A DNA stretch of 64,000 nt, taken from assembly GCA_046075565.1 (NCBI GenBank), contig JBJTQJ010000124.1:10953-74952 (forward strand), given 5' to 3'. This DNA is from Verrucomicrobiales bacterium. Its GTDB lineage: Bacteria; Verrucomicrobiota; Verrucomicrobiia; Verrucomicrobiales; SLCJ01. The position numbers and the translations under genes were made by a program. Positions 9,675-20,546 of the stretch are shown here, one piece after another (within the stretch, counting starts at the first letter, position 1; every line of letters starts with the position of its first letter). The notes below the pieces were generated by a model. The model did not search any database. It was not told the DNA's origin and worked only from the letters and a program-made list of their open reading frames with translations.

Positions 9675-9712
9675 ATCTGACATCAAAAATCGGCGATCAT
9701 CAATCGTCAATT
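9675..9712. repeat. Degenerate 7-bp periodic tandem repeat (ATCNNNN)
   Basis: ATCTGAC ATCAAAA ATCGGCG ATCATCA ATCGTCA ATT: ATC recurs every 7 bp in an intergenic gap. Confidence 0.55.
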
Positions 9713-9733
9713 TCCGCCTCCGTGGGGGCCGCA

Positions 9734-11671
9734 TCAGGATTTTTGACTCGCCCCGTTTTGCCCGTTGTGCGCCTCGAATTGCAGATGGTAGAGATGCTGG
9801 TATTCCGGGCAGGTGCGCAGGAGTTCGGCGTGGGAGCCGACGGCGAGCACCCGGCCTTTTTCCATCATGACGATGGCGTCGGCGCTGAGAATGGTGGAAA
9901 GGCGGTGGGCGATGGCGATGACGGTCCGTCCGCGGCTGAGGGCATCGATCGCTTCCTGGATGTGGCGTTCGGCTTCGGAGTCGAGCGCGGAGGTGGCTTC
10001 ATCGAGCAGGAGGATGGGGGCGGAGCGCACGAAGGCGCGGGCGATGCTGAGACGTTGCTGCTGGCCGCCGGAGAGGTTCGAGCCTTTGTCACCAATGATG
10101 GTCTCGTAGCCTTTGTCCTGCGCGAGGATAAATTCGTGGGCGTGGGCCTTGCGCGCGGCTTCTTCGATCTCCTCCTTGGTGGCGTCGAGTTTCCCGTAGC
10201 GGATATTCTCGTAAATGGTGTCGTGGAACAGGAAGGTGTCCTGGTTGACGATCCCGATGTTTTCGCGCAGCGAGGTTTGATTGTAGGCACGGATGTCCCG
10301 GCCGTCCACGAGCACGCGTCCTTCATCAGGATCGTAAAACCGGAGAAGCAGGGCGAAGAGGGTGCTCTTGCCCGCGCCACTCTGGCCGACAAGGGCGTAA
10401 CGTTTACCTGCTTCCATTTTCAGGCTGATACCTTGCACGGCCGGGATGCCCTTTTTGTAGGAAAAGCCGATCTCGCGGAACTCGATTTCCCCATGGCATT
10501 TTTTCAATGGCACGGCGTCGGGCGCATCGGCAACATCCGGCTCTTGATCCTGAATTTCAAAAACCTTGGTGGCCGCGACGACACATTTCTGGAGCATCAC
10601 CTGAAGCTGGGACAAAGCCTTGGCATGAGGATAGATGGCAATGAGCGCGGCGTAGAGGATGAGGAAATTCGAAGCCGGCATCTTGACATACCAGGCATAG
10701 GCCAGTCCGAGAGCGATGCCAACCGAAGCGACCGTTTCAACCATTGGTCCGACAATTTCCACGGCCTTTTTCCAGCGCATGACCAGTTTTTCCAAGAGGG
10801 CGCTGCCTTTGTTGAAACGCTCGATTTCGTATTTCTCGCGCCCCAGGCTCTTCACCACCCGGATGCCGGCAAAGGCCTCGTGCATGGTCACCATGACCTG
10901 CCCGGCTTCTTCTTCCTCTTTTCCTCCGGCCTGCCGCACTTTCTGGCTGATGATGATGACCGGCAGCATGCAGAGCGGGAAAACGACCAGCGCGGCGATG
11001 GCAAAACGCCAATCGAGCCAGAGGATGGAAACCACATAGGTTACAATCGAGATCGGATGTTTGATCATGTTGGCCGCAAGATCACTGCCCAAGGTGGCCA
11101 CCATGCGGGTCTGGTTGAAGACCGTCTGGATCAACTCGCCCGTCTTCTGCTTCGAATAGAAGCGCAGCGAGTGGTGCATGAGCTTCGAAAAAGTCTGCGA
11201 GCGTATGTCGTAGAGAACCTTTTGCCCGACCCAGAGCATGCAGTAGGTGTTAAAATACCCGAGCAAGCCGCGGATGAGGATGAGCAACGGTATTAGCCCG
11301 GCGGAGAGCAGAACCAACCAGATGCCATCCTCGTGTTCAATGCGGGGCTTCGGGACGTGGATCTGCCCGAAGAAAGGCACCGGGATTGTCTCCTCGGTTT
11401 TGTTGTTCGGAAGAACCATTTCGAAGACGAACTTCATCCCGAAAATGACCACCGCGTTGAAGAGGCCGTAGAACACACCAATGAGGATGCCCAGAATGAA
11501 GCGACCCCGGTAGGGTTTCACATAAGAGAGCAGGCGCCCCATCGGCGCCTTGGCCTCCGAGAGGAATTCCGACGTGCTCAGGTTGGCCACGCTCTTGCGT
11601 GACAATTTCTTGATCGGCGCCCGCTTGCCGGTGACGGGCGGTTGCTTGGATCGTGAGGTGGAATCAGCCAT
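9734..11671 (-). CDS. ABC exporter, fused permease/ATP-binding protein (MsbA-like)
   Basis: N-terminal TM region, [42 protein letters not shown]. Confidence 0.9.
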   Translation of the reverse strand: MADSTSRSKQPPVTGKRAPIKKLSRKSVANLSTSEFLSEAKAPMGRLLSYVKPYRGRFILGILIGVFYGLFNAVVIFGMKFVFEMVLPNNKTEETIPVPFFGQIHVPKPRIEHEDGIWLVLLSAGLIPLLILIRGLLGYFNTYCMLWVGQKVLYDIRSQTFSKLMHHSLRFYSKQKTGELIQTVFNQTRMVATLGSDLAANMIKHPISIVTYVVSILWLDWRFAIAALVVFPLCMLPVIIISQKVRQAGGKEEEEAGQVMVTMHEAFAGIRVVKSLGREKYEIERFNKGSALLEKLVMRWKKAVEIVGPMVETVASVGIALGLAYAWYVKMPASNFLILYAALIAIYPHAKALSQLQVMLQKCVVAATKVFEIQDQEPDVADAPDAVPLKKCHGEIEFREIGFSYKKGIPAVQGISLKMEAGKRYALVGQSGAGKSTLFALLLRFYDPDEGRVLVDGRDIRAYNQTSLRENIGIVNQDTFLFHDTIYENIRYGKLDATKEEIEEAARKAHAHEFILAQDKGYETIIGDKGSNLSGGQQQRLSIARAFVRSAPILLLDEATSALDSEAERHIQEAIDALSRGRTVIAIAHRLSTILSADAIVMMEKGRVLAVGSHAELLRTCPEYQHLYHLQFEAHNGQNGASQKS

Positions 11672-12389
11672 GGAAATAGGCCGTCCACTCGGACGGAATG
11701 GTGGCGGCTTCGACACCCGATTGAATCCGCCCTTCGTTGGCCGGTTCAAAGGTGGTCGAAGTGCCATAGACCATGATCAGATCGGTGGAACTGATACTTT
11801 GCAGGGCATGGGCGACACCTGCCGGAATCACCACCCCGGCATTGTCGGGTCCGGGGCGGTCATCTCCTTCAATGACAAAACGCATCCGGCGGCGCGGCAT
11901 TCCCGCCCGCTCGTCGATGAGGAACATCTCGCAGGTGCCCCGGATGAAGAACATGGCATCCCACTGCTCGTCGGCGTAGGGGCGCAGTGCATAATTCGTC
12001 GTCTCATGGACGAACAAGCGCTGGAACCAGTCTTCCGGCTTCACGCCTTCGGGGATACTCGGCGGGTGGATATGGAATCCCTTGGCCGTGCGGGCGAAAG
12101 TCATCGCCGTGGCCCATTGCGCCGGCCACATCCCGATGCGGCCGAGACAACCCTGGCCTTTGCGGGCGAATTCGCCGAAATGGCCGCGCTGACGTTGCTG
12201 GAAAATCTTGCGTCCAAAGACTTCGACGCCGGGGATCCACCATTCCGGTTTTGCCTCCAGGTCCGCCAGTTCGCCCGCGCCCACACCCGGACCCGCGACC
12301 CGGCCGGCCAGGTCGCCTTTGGAATAATCTCGAAGTTCCAGGGCCGCGCGCGCTTCCGCCCGCAGGCCCTGCCATCTGTCATCTTGCAT
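11664..12389 (-). CDS. RmlC-like cupin (dTDP-4-dehydrorhamnose 3,5-epimerase-like)
   Basis: IPGVEVF...[30 protein letters not shown]; overlaps the ABC exporter start. The real start is probably 12389, not the ORF-track start. Confidence 0.6.
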   Translation of the reverse strand: MQDDRWQGLRAEARAALELRDYSKGDLAGRVAGPGVGAGELADLEAKPEWWIPGVEVFGRKIFQQRQRGHFGEFARKGQGCLGRIGMWPAQWATAMTFARTAKGFHIHPPSIPEGVKPEDWFQRLFVHETTNYALRPYADEQWDAMFFIRGTCEMFLIDERAGMPRRRMRFVIEGDDRPGPDNAGVVIPAGVAHALQSISSTDLIMVYGTSTTFEPANEGRIQSGVEAATIPSEWTAYFHG

Positions 12390-12488
12390 GGTGCAACCCA
12401 TAACCCCATCCTCCCCCGATGTAAAACTCCGGATTCTTGCTCGGGCCAGCGCCTGAAAGGACCTCTTCTGGCCGCCCGTTACCGCTCC

Positions 12489-14963
12489 ATGACCATTTTC
12501 CAGCCCATTTCCCGCGTTTTGGCCGGGATTTCCGCCCTTTTCCTCGCCAGCCCGATGCTCTTGGGCGCGGATGTTTCGCTGGGGACCGCCCCTGAGGGAA
12601 AGAAGGTTCTCTGGTATGAGAAACCCGCCACCCGCTGGGAAGAGGCCTTGCCAGTTGGGAACGGCCACCTCGGGGCCATGGTTTTCGGAGGGGCGGGGGA
12701 GGAACGGGTGCAGTTCAACGAGCACACGGTCTGGACCGGACAACCACGTTCCTACGCCAACGAGGGGGCGGTGAAAGTCCTGCCCGAACTCCGGGAAAAC
12801 CTCCAGAAAATGCGCAAGCTCGAGCGGGAGGCCGCCGCCTCGGAATCCGCCGGGAAGAAAGAGGAGGCCAAAAAACTCGCGGACGAGGCGCTGGCCTTGC
12901 AGAAGTCGGCCGAGCAACTGGCCATGGCCGAATTCATGAGCGAACCGCTTCGCCAACTGGCCTACCAGCCTTGTGGCGACCTGATTTTGCAACAACCGCT
13001 CGCCGGCGAGGTCTCCGGCTACCGCCGCTGGCTCGATCTCGAGACTGCCACCACCACTACCGAATTCACCCATGGTGGCGTCCGGTATCGCCGGGAAGTC
13101 ATCGCATCGCATCCCGCCAAAGCCATTGTCATGCACCTGACCGCCGATAAACCCAGTGCTCTGGATCTCGAAATTGGTCTTACGAGTCCGCACAAAGGCG
13201 CGACGACCACCATCGATGGGAAGAACCGGCTTCTTCTCGATGGCATGGTCCAGAAAGACGGAATCCGATTTTGTTCCAGGCTTCACCTCGCGCATGTCGG
13301 CGGTTCGATTGAAGCGGCGGGCGATAAACTTCGTGTCGCCAAAGCCGATGCTGTAACCCTCTTGCTGGTGACGGCCACGAACTTCCGCGACTTCCGGAAT
13401 CTCGGTGCGCATCCCGGTGCGCTCTCCCTCAATCTTCTAGATGCCCCATCTTCCCTGTCCTGGGAAAAACTGGCGTCCACGCATCGCGCCGACCATGCTG
13501 CTTTGTTCTCGCGGGTCGAACTCGATCTCGGAGGCAACGAACGCGGAAAGTGGCCGACCGACAAACGATTGTCCTCCTATGCCGAAGGCGGCGACCCCGG
13601 CCTCGCGGCATTGCTTTTCCACTATGGTCGTTACCTGCTCATCGCCTGCAGCCGTCCCGGCGGGCAGCCTGCCAATCTCCAGGGGATTTGGAACGACAGC
13701 ATGCGTCCACCCTGGGATAGCAAATACACATGCAATATAAACACACAGATGAACTACTGGCCGGCACTGGTCACCGCTTTGCCCGAATGCCAGGAAGCGT
13801 TGAACCGAGCCATCGGCGAACTTCAGGAATCCGGACGCGAGACGGCGCGTCTTCACTACGGTCTCGAAGGATGGGTGTTACACCATAATTTCGACCTCTG
13901 GCGAGGGACGGCACCCATCAACAATTCGAACCACGGCATCTGGCCGACCGGAGGAGCCTGGCTTTGTTACCATCTCTGGGAGCAATTTCTTTTCACCGGG
14001 GATAAGAAGTTTCTCGCCGATACCGCCTATGGACCCATGCGCGAGGCTTGCCGCTTCTTCGGGAATTTTCTCATCCGCGACCCCATCACCGGCCATCTGA
14101 TCAGCGGTCCATCCAACTCCCCGGAACAAGGCGGCTTGGTCATGGGTCCGGCCATGGACCATCAGATCATCCGCTCGCTTTTCCACGCGACTGCCGCTGC
14201 GGCGGAAATCCTTGGACGCGACGCCGCCGACGCCAAACGTTGGCTCGAAATGGCTGAGGCCATTGTTCCGCATCAAATTGGCAAACACGGCCAGCTCCAG
14301 GAGTGGACGGAGGACAAGGATGATCCGAAAAACCAGCACCGGCACGTCAGTCACCTCTGGGCGGTCCATCCCGGTCCCGATCTGACTTGGCGTGATGGTC
14401 CCGCTTTCGCCGCCGCCCGCCAGTCGCTGGAATTCCGCGGCGACGAGGCCACCGGTTGGTCCATGGGGTGGAAGATCAACCTGTGGGCGCGTTTCCTCGA
14501 CGGCGATCGCGCCCACGTCATTGCCCGCAATCTGATCAAACCCGCGCTTGGCGCCAAAGGCGGCCGGGGCACAAGCGGTCTTTACCCCAATCTCTTTGAT
14601 GCCCACCCGCCTTTCCAGATCGACGGCAATTTCGGCTACACCGCCGGGATCGCGGAAATGCTGCTGCAAAGCCATGTTCCGGTGAAACCAAATGTCACCG
14701 CCGGTCCGTTTATCCTGCACCTGTTGCCAGCGTTGCCGTCGGTCTGGCCCGATGGCGAGGTGAAGGGATTGCACGCCCGAGGTGGCTTTGTCGTCGATTT
14801 GACATGGAAATCCGGAAAGCTGGAAAAGGCCCGCGTGAAAAGCAACCTCGGCGGTCCGCTCACTCTGCGCGCGAAGCTCCAAGGCAAGGACACAGACACC
14901 ATATTCCCCACCATCGCGGGGCAAACGTTGGAACTGGATGCAACTCTGAAAGTGGCGAAGTGA
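12489..14963 (+). CDS. Glycoside hydrolase family 95 (alpha-L-fucosidase-like), secreted
   Basis: Signal peptide; [60 protein letters not shown]. Confidence 0.92.
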   Translation: MTIFQPISRVLAGISALFLASPMLLGADVSLGTAPEGKKVLWYEKPATRWEEALPVGNGHLGAMVFGGAGEERVQFNEHTVWTGQPRSYANEGAVKVLPELRENLQKMRKLEREAAASESAGKKEEAKKLADEALALQKSAEQLAMAEFMSEPLRQLAYQPCGDLILQQPLAGEVSGYRRWLDLETATTTTEFTHGGVRYRREVIASHPAKAIVMHLTADKPSALDLEIGLTSPHKGATTTIDGKNRLLLDGMVQKDGIRFCSRLHLAHVGGSIEAAGDKLRVAKADAVTLLLVTATNFRDFRNLGAHPGALSLNLLDAPSSLSWEKLASTHRADHAALFSRVELDLGGNERGKWPTDKRLSSYAEGGDPGLAALLFHYGRYLLIACSRPGGQPANLQGIWNDSMRPPWDSKYTCNINTQMNYWPALVTALPECQEALNRAIGELQESGRETARLHYGLEGWVLHHNFDLWRGTAPINNSNHGIWPTGGAWLCYHLWEQFLFTGDKKFLADTAYGPMREACRFFGNFLIRDPITGHLISGPSNSPEQGGLVMGPAMDHQIIRSLFHATAAAAEILGRDAADAKRWLEMAEAIVPHQIGKHGQLQEWTEDKDDPKNQHRHVSHLWAVHPGPDLTWRDGPAFAAARQSLEFRGDEATGWSMGWKINLWARFLDGDRAHVIARNLIKPALGAKGGRGTSGLYPNLFDAHPPFQIDGNFGYTAGIAEMLLQSHVPVKPNVTAGPFILHLLPALPSVWPDGEVKGLHARGGFVVDLTWKSGKLEKARVKSNLGGPLTLRAKLQGKDTDTIFPTIAGQTLELDATLKVAK

Positions 14964-14979
14964 AAGGCCGGGAAGGCGA

Positions 14980-15636
14980 TCACGCTCCCTCCGCCGGTTC
15001 TTCCGGCGGCAGTTCCTCCAGTTCGATCAACTCGCCTTTGAAGTTCTTGACCACGTATTCGAGGATTTGATCCGGGACATACGGTTTTTCTCCTTTGAAG
15101 CCGCCGTATTTCAATCCGTCGATGACACCCTTTTTCTGCGTGCCGTTTTTCTCATACCAGATGGAGGCGAGGCCTTTGCTCATCCATTTCCGAGTGTCCA
15201 CGCGCCGGATTTCGGTGATGTCGATGGGTTCGGTGCCCGGGAGAATGAGTTTTCCCTCGCGCAATGCCATTCGTGTTCCCACGGCGCGGACGGCCAACAC
15301 GAGGATGATCAGCGTGGCGACCGAGCAGACGACCATGCCCCACATCTGCTGGGCGATTTTCGCGTCGTCCACTTTGAAAGGTTCGAGCTTCTTCTCGTCC
15401 TCGTAATCATCCCATCCGTTCTGACGTGCGACATCGGCCCACTTGCGCAGGCCTTCATCTCCATCTTTGGCGTAGCTGAGGTAGGTCTGGTAGATTTCTG
15501 CTTTCTTCGGGTAGCCAATCTTCCAGTCATAGGCGAAATAGGCCGCGAAGAGACCGAACATGGCCAGCATGATGAGCATACGACGGGTATACCACGGCGT
15601 CAGGGGGGCATCGAAAGAGGGAAGTGAAGAACTCAT
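14980..15636 (-). CDS. Hypothetical membrane protein (two TM segments)
   Basis: Two hydrophobic helices; ATGA overlap with the upstream synthase gene. Confidence 0.7.
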   Translation of the reverse strand: MSSSLPSFDAPLTPWYTRRMLIMLAMFGLFAAYFAYDWKIGYPKKAEIYQTYLSYAKDGDEGLRKWADVARQNGWDDYEDEKKLEPFKVDDAKIAQQMWGMVVCSVATLIILVLAVRAVGTRMALREGKLILPGTEPIDITEIRRVDTRKWMSKGLASIWYEKNGTQKKGVIDGLKYGGFKGEKPYVPDQILEYVVKNFKGELIELEELPPEEPAEGA

Positions 15637-16508
15637 GGGTTTCGGCGGTTCCGGAGCCACGAACGGGCGGCAAGCCGGAGTTTGCGATGAAGGGGAGTAT
15701 AGGCGCGGCGGTTGAGGCTGTCGCCTCCGATTTTCTCGATTTGGTTTAGGATGTCGGCGTAAATATCCCGCATCAGCCGGACCGTCAACCTTGAACCGTC
15801 GTTCGCCAACAATGGAATCCCTTCGTCCGCCCGACGGTAGTAAGCGCGGGCGCGTTCGACCTGGATATCGAGAAATTTTCGCCAGACGGCATCAGGTTGA
15901 CGGCGGCGCAGGTAGGCCTCGTCCAATCCATGGGCGGCCAGTTCATCGGCGGGGAGGTAAATGCGATCCCGCTCCAGATCCTCGCCCACATCCCGGAGGA
16001 TATTCGTGAGTTGCATCGCGATACCCAGATCAATGGCGCGGTCGCGGCCGGAGGGGTCCGAGAGTCCGAAAACCGGACAAAGCACCAGCCCGACCACCGA
16101 AGCGACATGGTAGCAGTAGTCGCGGAGTTCTTCCCAGTTCGCGATGCGCACCCGTCCCTGATCGCGACCCACCCCTTCGACCAGTTCAGCAAAAGGCTCT
16201 TTCTCGAGACCGAAGCGCTGGACCGCCTCCGCGAAGGCCGCCGCGAACGGCCAATCCCGTTTTCCCTCGCGGGTGATGGCATCGAATGTTTGCTCCAGTT
16301 CCCGCACCGCCGCCGCCACATCCGCGCCCGGTCCGGCTTCGTCCACCAAATCATCGGCATGACGGCAAAACGCGTATATGGCATAGGCCGCCCGCCTCTT
16401 TTCCTCTGGCAATGGGAACGACGCGAAGTAAAAGCTCTTCGCGTGGCGACGGGTGGATTCCCGGCACCAGACATGGCTGCGCGCCAGACTCAAGGCATCA
16501 TCGGGCAT
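15633..16508 (-). CDS. Phytoene/squalene synthase family protein (CrtB/HpnD-like)
   Basis: SFYFAS, YAFCRHADDLVDE, YCYHVASVVG, LGIAMQLTNILRDVGED, RIYLP. Confidence 0.9.
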   Translation of the reverse strand: MPDDALSLARSHVWCRESTRRHAKSFYFASFPLPEEKRRAAYAIYAFCRHADDLVDEAGPGADVAAAVRELEQTFDAITREGKRDWPFAAAFAEAVQRFGLEKEPFAELVEGVGRDQGRVRIANWEELRDYCYHVASVVGLVLCPVFGLSDPSGRDRAIDLGIAMQLTNILRDVGEDLERDRIYLPADELAAHGLDEAYLRRRQPDAVWRKFLDIQVERARAYYRRADEGIPLLANDGSRLTVRLMRDIYADILNQIEKIGGDSLNRRAYTPLHRKLRLAARSWLRNRRNP

Positions 16509-16568
16509 GAGCCGCAACCATGGAAAGGAAACCCGCCATGGCAAGAAGGCGCGCGAGGAAAATGCACG

Positions 16569-17090
16569 TCACGAACCCGCCAATGCGGTCGCGCGCATGC
16601 GGACAAGCTCCTGATAGCGCTGACGAGCCCGCTGGGTAACCTCGTCAGCTTTTTCGCGGTCGCCCTTGTAGAGCATCGCCAGATTGTTGCGCAGACGCGC
16701 GCATTCCTCGCTCACGGATGAACCCACCGTTTCCATACCCCGGACCGCCGCTTCATATTGGCGCAGAGCCTCGGTGGCTTGGCCGCGCTCTTCCGCAATG
16801 TCGCCCAGTCCGGCCCGTGAGAAGGCCAGTTGCCGACTGAGTGTTCCATAGTCCGAACCCAAACGGAGCACATCCTTGTAAATGGCTTCGGCAATATCAA
16901 GGAAACCGGTATGACGCCGGATATCCGCCTCAACGAGCAGGGAATCGAGCAGGAAGCCCACCGATTCATCGTCGTCCGCCATGAGGAGTCAACGCGCCGA
17001 CTCCACCCCTGCTTGGGCGGCTTCGATGGCCTCTTCAAAGAGTCCCTGATCATAAAGACTTTGGGCCCGGTTCTCGAGAAGCTGGTTCAT
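16569..17090 (-). pseudogene. TPR protein interrupted by an in-frame TGA at 16989-16991
   Basis: MNQLLENRAQSLYDQGLFEEAIEAAQAGVESAR*LLMADDD... continues in frame into TPR-like helices (AGLGDIAEERG...EALRQYEAA, LRNNLAMLYK). Confidence 0.6.
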
Positions 17091-17182
17091 GGGGCTGAGG
17101 GTGGCAACAGGCATGGTTGGAATTGCGAGTAGGGTATCTTATAGTTTTTATAGAAAAATAGGTAATTAGGCAAGTCTTAAAA

Positions 17183-17719
17183 TCAAGAGACCTGCAACGC
17201 AGAAAAGAGAGAAGCCCGACTGGGGGGGAGTCGGTGGAAGGTGTCGAGCAGTGCCGCTGCACCCGGACTTCCGCTCGAAACGAGTCCCTGAATCGCCGCC
17301 ACACGGTCCTCGAAGCGTGTGACCGCCGCCGGGCTGGGTTCATGGTCCGTCAACCAGTCCAAAGCCTTATTTAGCAGTGTATTAAGTTCAGGAATAGGGG
17401 TCTCGGTTTCCGCTACCAATTCAATCAACGATGTGAAATACGAGGCAGTTAATGTCCGCTGGTATCGCTCCCTCAAACCCAGCCGATGAGACTCGACCAC
17501 CACCTCCCGGAGGCTGTGCAAATCGCCCCGGCGGGCGGGTTGCCAGGCGATGTCCGCCTCAAAAAAAAGATCCAATTTTCCTGCAAAAGGGCTTTTTGGG
17601 CCCCTAGCGCCCTTCGCCGCCGTGCGCAAAAGGCCATGGCTGGCCGTGCACCAGACGAGGATCAGGCTCGTCTCCCCGAGGGGATATTTCCGTAAAAGGG
17701 TGGCGCGTGATTGGAGCAT
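17183..17719 (-). CDS. recO: DNA repair protein RecO
   Basis: [44 protein letters not shown] is a RecO N-terminal signature. Confidence 0.85.
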   Translation of the reverse strand: MLQSRATLLRKYPLGETSLILVWCTASHGLLRTAAKGARGPKSPFAGKLDLFFEADIAWQPARRGDLHSLREVVVESHRLGLRERYQRTLTASYFTSLIELVAETETPIPELNTLLNKALDWLTDHEPSPAAVTRFEDRVAAIQGLVSSGSPGAAALLDTFHRLPPSRASLFSALQVS

Positions 17720-17782
17720 CGGTCGGCGGAAAAGTTGCAATCGGGTCGCGATGGGGAGAGATTACGCGCTTTCGCCCGACTT

Positions 17783-18913
17783 ATGGAGGAAAAATCCAAG
17801 ATTCTCACACTCGACAAGCTGAACGACTTCGACGGACAGGGCCTGCGTGCCCGGCTGGAAGAGCTTGGTCGATTCATGGGCCTCGCCCAACGCCGCAAGG
17901 AACTCGAATGCCTCGAGGAGGAAATGAACGTCGAGGGCTTCTGGGACAGCAAGGACGCTGCCCAGAAAAAAATGGGCGAGGTGAACCGTCTCCGCGGCCT
18001 CGTCCAACCCTACGACGCTCTCGTCCGCCGCATCGATGACCTCGAAGCACTCGTGGAACTCGTCCGTGAAGCTGGCGACAACGAAATGGTCGGCGAGGTG
18101 ATGGCCGAGCTGGCCGCTCTGGAAAAAGGCCTGGCCGATTTCGAACTGAAACAATTCCTTTCCGGAAAATTCGACGGCGGAAATGTCTATCTTACCATCC
18201 ATGCCGGAGCCGGCGGCACCGAATCCTGCGACTGGGCCGACATGCTCTTCCGCATGTATCGGCGATGGGCTGAACGTCGCGGCTACCAGGTCGAAGTGAT
18301 CGACTTCGCCGATGGCGATGAAGCGGGCATCCGTTCCGCCACCCTCAAGATTGCCGGCGAGTATGTCTACGGGTTCCTCCAGTGCGAGCGCGGTGTCCAC
18401 CGCCTCGTCCGGATTTCCCCGTTCGATGCCAATGCCCGCCGCCACACCAGTTTCGCCAGCGTGGATGCCACCCCCGAAGTGGACGACGATATCCAAATCA
18501 CCATCGAGGAACGGGACCTCAAGATCGATACCTATCGCGCCGGCGGTAAGGGCGGACAGAACGTCAACAAGGTGGAAACTGCCGTGCGTATCACCCACGT
18601 GCCCAGCGGTGTGGTCGTCGCCTGCCAGGTCGAGCGTTCCCAAGGCCGGAACCGCGAGCTCGCCATGAACATGCTCAAGGCGAAACTTTACCAGATCGAA
18701 GAGGACAAACTGCGCGGCGAGGCCGAACGCCAGTATGGTGAAAAAGGCGAGATCGCCTGGGGCAGCCAGATCCGCTCTTATGTTTTCCAACCCTACCAGA
18801 TGGTGAAAGACCACCGCACCGGCGAGGAATCCGGCAACATCCAGGAAGTCATGGATGGTGCGCTCGATCCCTTCATCGAGGCCAAACTGCGCGGCCAAAA
18901 AGCGCGGGAGTAA
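17783..18913 (+). CDS. prfB: Peptide chain release factor 2, uninterrupted ORF
   Basis: [15 protein letters not shown] anticodon-mimic motif (RISPFD), GGQ motif, [13 protein letters not shown]. Confidence 0.95.
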   Translation: MEEKSKILTLDKLNDFDGQGLRARLEELGRFMGLAQRRKELECLEEEMNVEGFWDSKDAAQKKMGEVNRLRGLVQPYDALVRRIDDLEALVELVREAGDNEMVGEVMAELAALEKGLADFELKQFLSGKFDGGNVYLTIHAGAGGTESCDWADMLFRMYRRWAERRGYQVEVIDFADGDEAGIRSATLKIAGEYVYGFLQCERGVHRLVRISPFDANARRHTSFASVDATPEVDDDIQITIEERDLKIDTYRAGGKGGQNVNKVETAVRITHVPSGVVVACQVERSQGRNRELAMNMLKAKLYQIEEDKLRGEAERQYGEKGEIAWGSQIRSYVFQPYQMVKDHRTGEESGNIQEVMDGALDPFIEAKLRGQKARE

Positions 18914-18923
18914 TTCTTCCGTC

Positions 18924-19622
18924 ATGCGCTTCGATATCCTCACGCTCTTTCCCGGCATTTGCGAAGGACCGCTCAATGAGAGTATCCTCAAACGCGCCCG
19001 CGAACGCGGATTGATCGAAGTCGGACTGCACGATATCCGCGATCATTGCACCGACAAGCACCGTCAGGCCGACGACTACCCATTTGGCGGTGGTTCGGGG
19101 ATGGTCATGAAACCCGAACCGGTTTTCTCGGCCATTGAGGCGGTGCGACGGCCGGACAGCCGCGTCGTCTTTCTCACCCCGCAAGGTAGGCGGTTCGAAC
19201 AGGCCGATGCCCGGCGGCTCTCCGCGTCACCGCACCTTGTTTTGTTATGCGGTCATTATGAAGGGCTCGATCACCGTGTCGTCGAATCGCTCGTGGACGA
19301 GGAAATTTCCATCGGTGATTACGTGCTCACCAACGGAGCCATTGCCGCCGTCGTTGTGCTGGATGCCATTGCCCGCTTGCTCCCCGGTGTGCTCGGTGAC
19401 GCCGATTCGCCCGTGCACGAGAGTTTCTCCGAAGGCCTTCTCGAAGCGCCCCAATACACCCGGCCTGCCGAATTCCGGGGCATGAAAGTCCCGGACATTC
19501 TTCTCGGCGGCAACCACGCCGCCATCGCCCGTTGGCGGCAGGAAATGTCCATCGAACGAACGCGCAAGAACCGGCCGGATTTGTTGGAGAAGCGGAAGAA
19601 CACGAGGCCGGGAGAAGATTGA
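18924..19622 (+). CDS. trmD: tRNA (guanine-N1)-methyltransferase
   Basis: FDILTLFP, DDYPFGGGSGMVMKPEP, CGHYEGLD, SIGDYVLTNG, PQYTRP. Confidence 0.95.
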   Translation: MRFDILTLFPGICEGPLNESILKRARERGLIEVGLHDIRDHCTDKHRQADDYPFGGGSGMVMKPEPVFSAIEAVRRPDSRVVFLTPQGRRFEQADARRLSASPHLVLLCGHYEGLDHRVVESLVDEEISIGDYVLTNGAIAAVVVLDAIARLLPGVLGDADSPVHESFSEGLLEAPQYTRPAEFRGMKVPDILLGGNHAAIARWRQEMSIERTRKNRPDLLEKRKNTRPGED

Positions 19623-19657
19623 GCAGATGAACTGGCCTAAGGCCGATGGTTTTACCC

Positions 19658-19819
19658 AATCCCGACAGGATTGCGCTCAAATCCGTGGGTCGTGCCGGTA
19701 ACACTTCTCTCCCCCAATCCCAACGGGATTGTGTCCCAAAGCCCGGGGTTGTCCCGCGACGCGGGGCTACCCCGGGAATGTAAAACCAAGACAATCTAAA
19801 CCCTGAAAGGGTTTTGTCC
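19658..19819. repeat. Left composite palindromic repeat of the Y1 transposase locus
   Basis: AATCCCAACGGGATT...TCCCAAAGCCCGGGGTTG...CTACCCCGGG...AACCCTGAAAGGGTT (19716-19819), with a partial extra copy from 19658. Confidence 0.8.
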
Positions 19820-19868
19820 TGTGGGTTAACAGGCCACACTCTCACCATGCAAAGTCCGAGACATCGCC

Positions 19869-20324
19869 ATGGGCCAGTCACTTTCCGCAGTGTATCTGCA
19901 TCTGATTTTTTCAACCAAGAACCGCGAGCCTTGGTTGATTGACCCCGCCTTTCGCGAGCAGGTGTTGTCATTCATCGGCGGTATTTCACCGGAAGCTGGT
20001 TGCCCTCCAATCATCGTCGGTGGAGTCGCCGATCATGTGCATCTGCTTGCGAGGTTCGGGCGGGATATCTGCCAAGCGGACTGGGTTAAGGAAACCAAGC
20101 GCGTCTCCAGCCTATGGATCAAGGATCAGCGCAATTCAATGGCAGGGTTCTCTTGGCAGGCAGGCTATGGAATTTTTTCAGTCAGCGCGTCTTCGGTTTA
20201 GCAAGTCACTTCCTACATGGCCGGACAGGAGGAGCATCACCGGACTATGACATTCCAGGAAGAATACCGGCGTTTCCTCGAGAAACACGGAGTCGAGTGG
20301 GACGAGCGGTATGTTTGGGATTGA
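19869..20324 (+). pseudogene. tnpA: IS200-like/REP-associated Y1 transposase with a premature TAG at 20199-20201
   Basis: YLHLIFSTKNR, HUH motif DHVHLL, FSWQAGYGIFSVS; after the TAG the frame continues QVTSYMAGQEEHHRTMTFQEEYRRFLEKHGVEWDERYVWD*. Confidence 0.85.
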
Positions 20325-20336
20325 GCGATGTGACCC

Positions 20337-20435
20337 GGACAGAACCCCTTCAGGGTTCAATTTCTTTTTGGCGGTATTCCTGGGGTAGGTCCTGCGGACC
20401 AACCCCGGGCTTTGGGACGGAACCCCGTTGGGGTT
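20337..20435. repeat. Right composite palindromic repeat, inverted relative to 19716-19819
   Basis: Reverse complement reads AACCCCAACGGGGTTCCGTCCCAAAGCCCGGGGTTG...CTACCCCAGG...AACCCTGAAGGGGTTCTGTCC. Confidence 0.82.
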
Positions 20436-20546
20436 CACAGTCGCGGACGCAGCTTGCTAACGAGGACCGTAGTCTTCCAAGTCAGGGATATCCCTGATGT
20501 TGGATTCCCCGTAAAGGCTGGCCTCAAGAACTGCGCGTCATGCCGC

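Noticed and set aside
7102-11296. Long plus-strand ORFs 7102-8934 and 9515-11296
   Set aside because: Antisense shadows of pilT and the ABC exporter in GC-rich DNA, with no independent motifs.
11550-13412. 1137-aa plus-strand and 582-aa minus-strand overlapping ORFs as given in the track
   Set aside because: Both are upstream over-extensions. The recognisable proteins begin at 12489 (+, GH95) and 12389 (-, cupin) and are divergent, not overlapping.
19869-20435. IS605-type element with tnpB or omegaRNA
   Set aside because: There is no tnpB/iscB ORF next to the tnpA; fumA follows directly.
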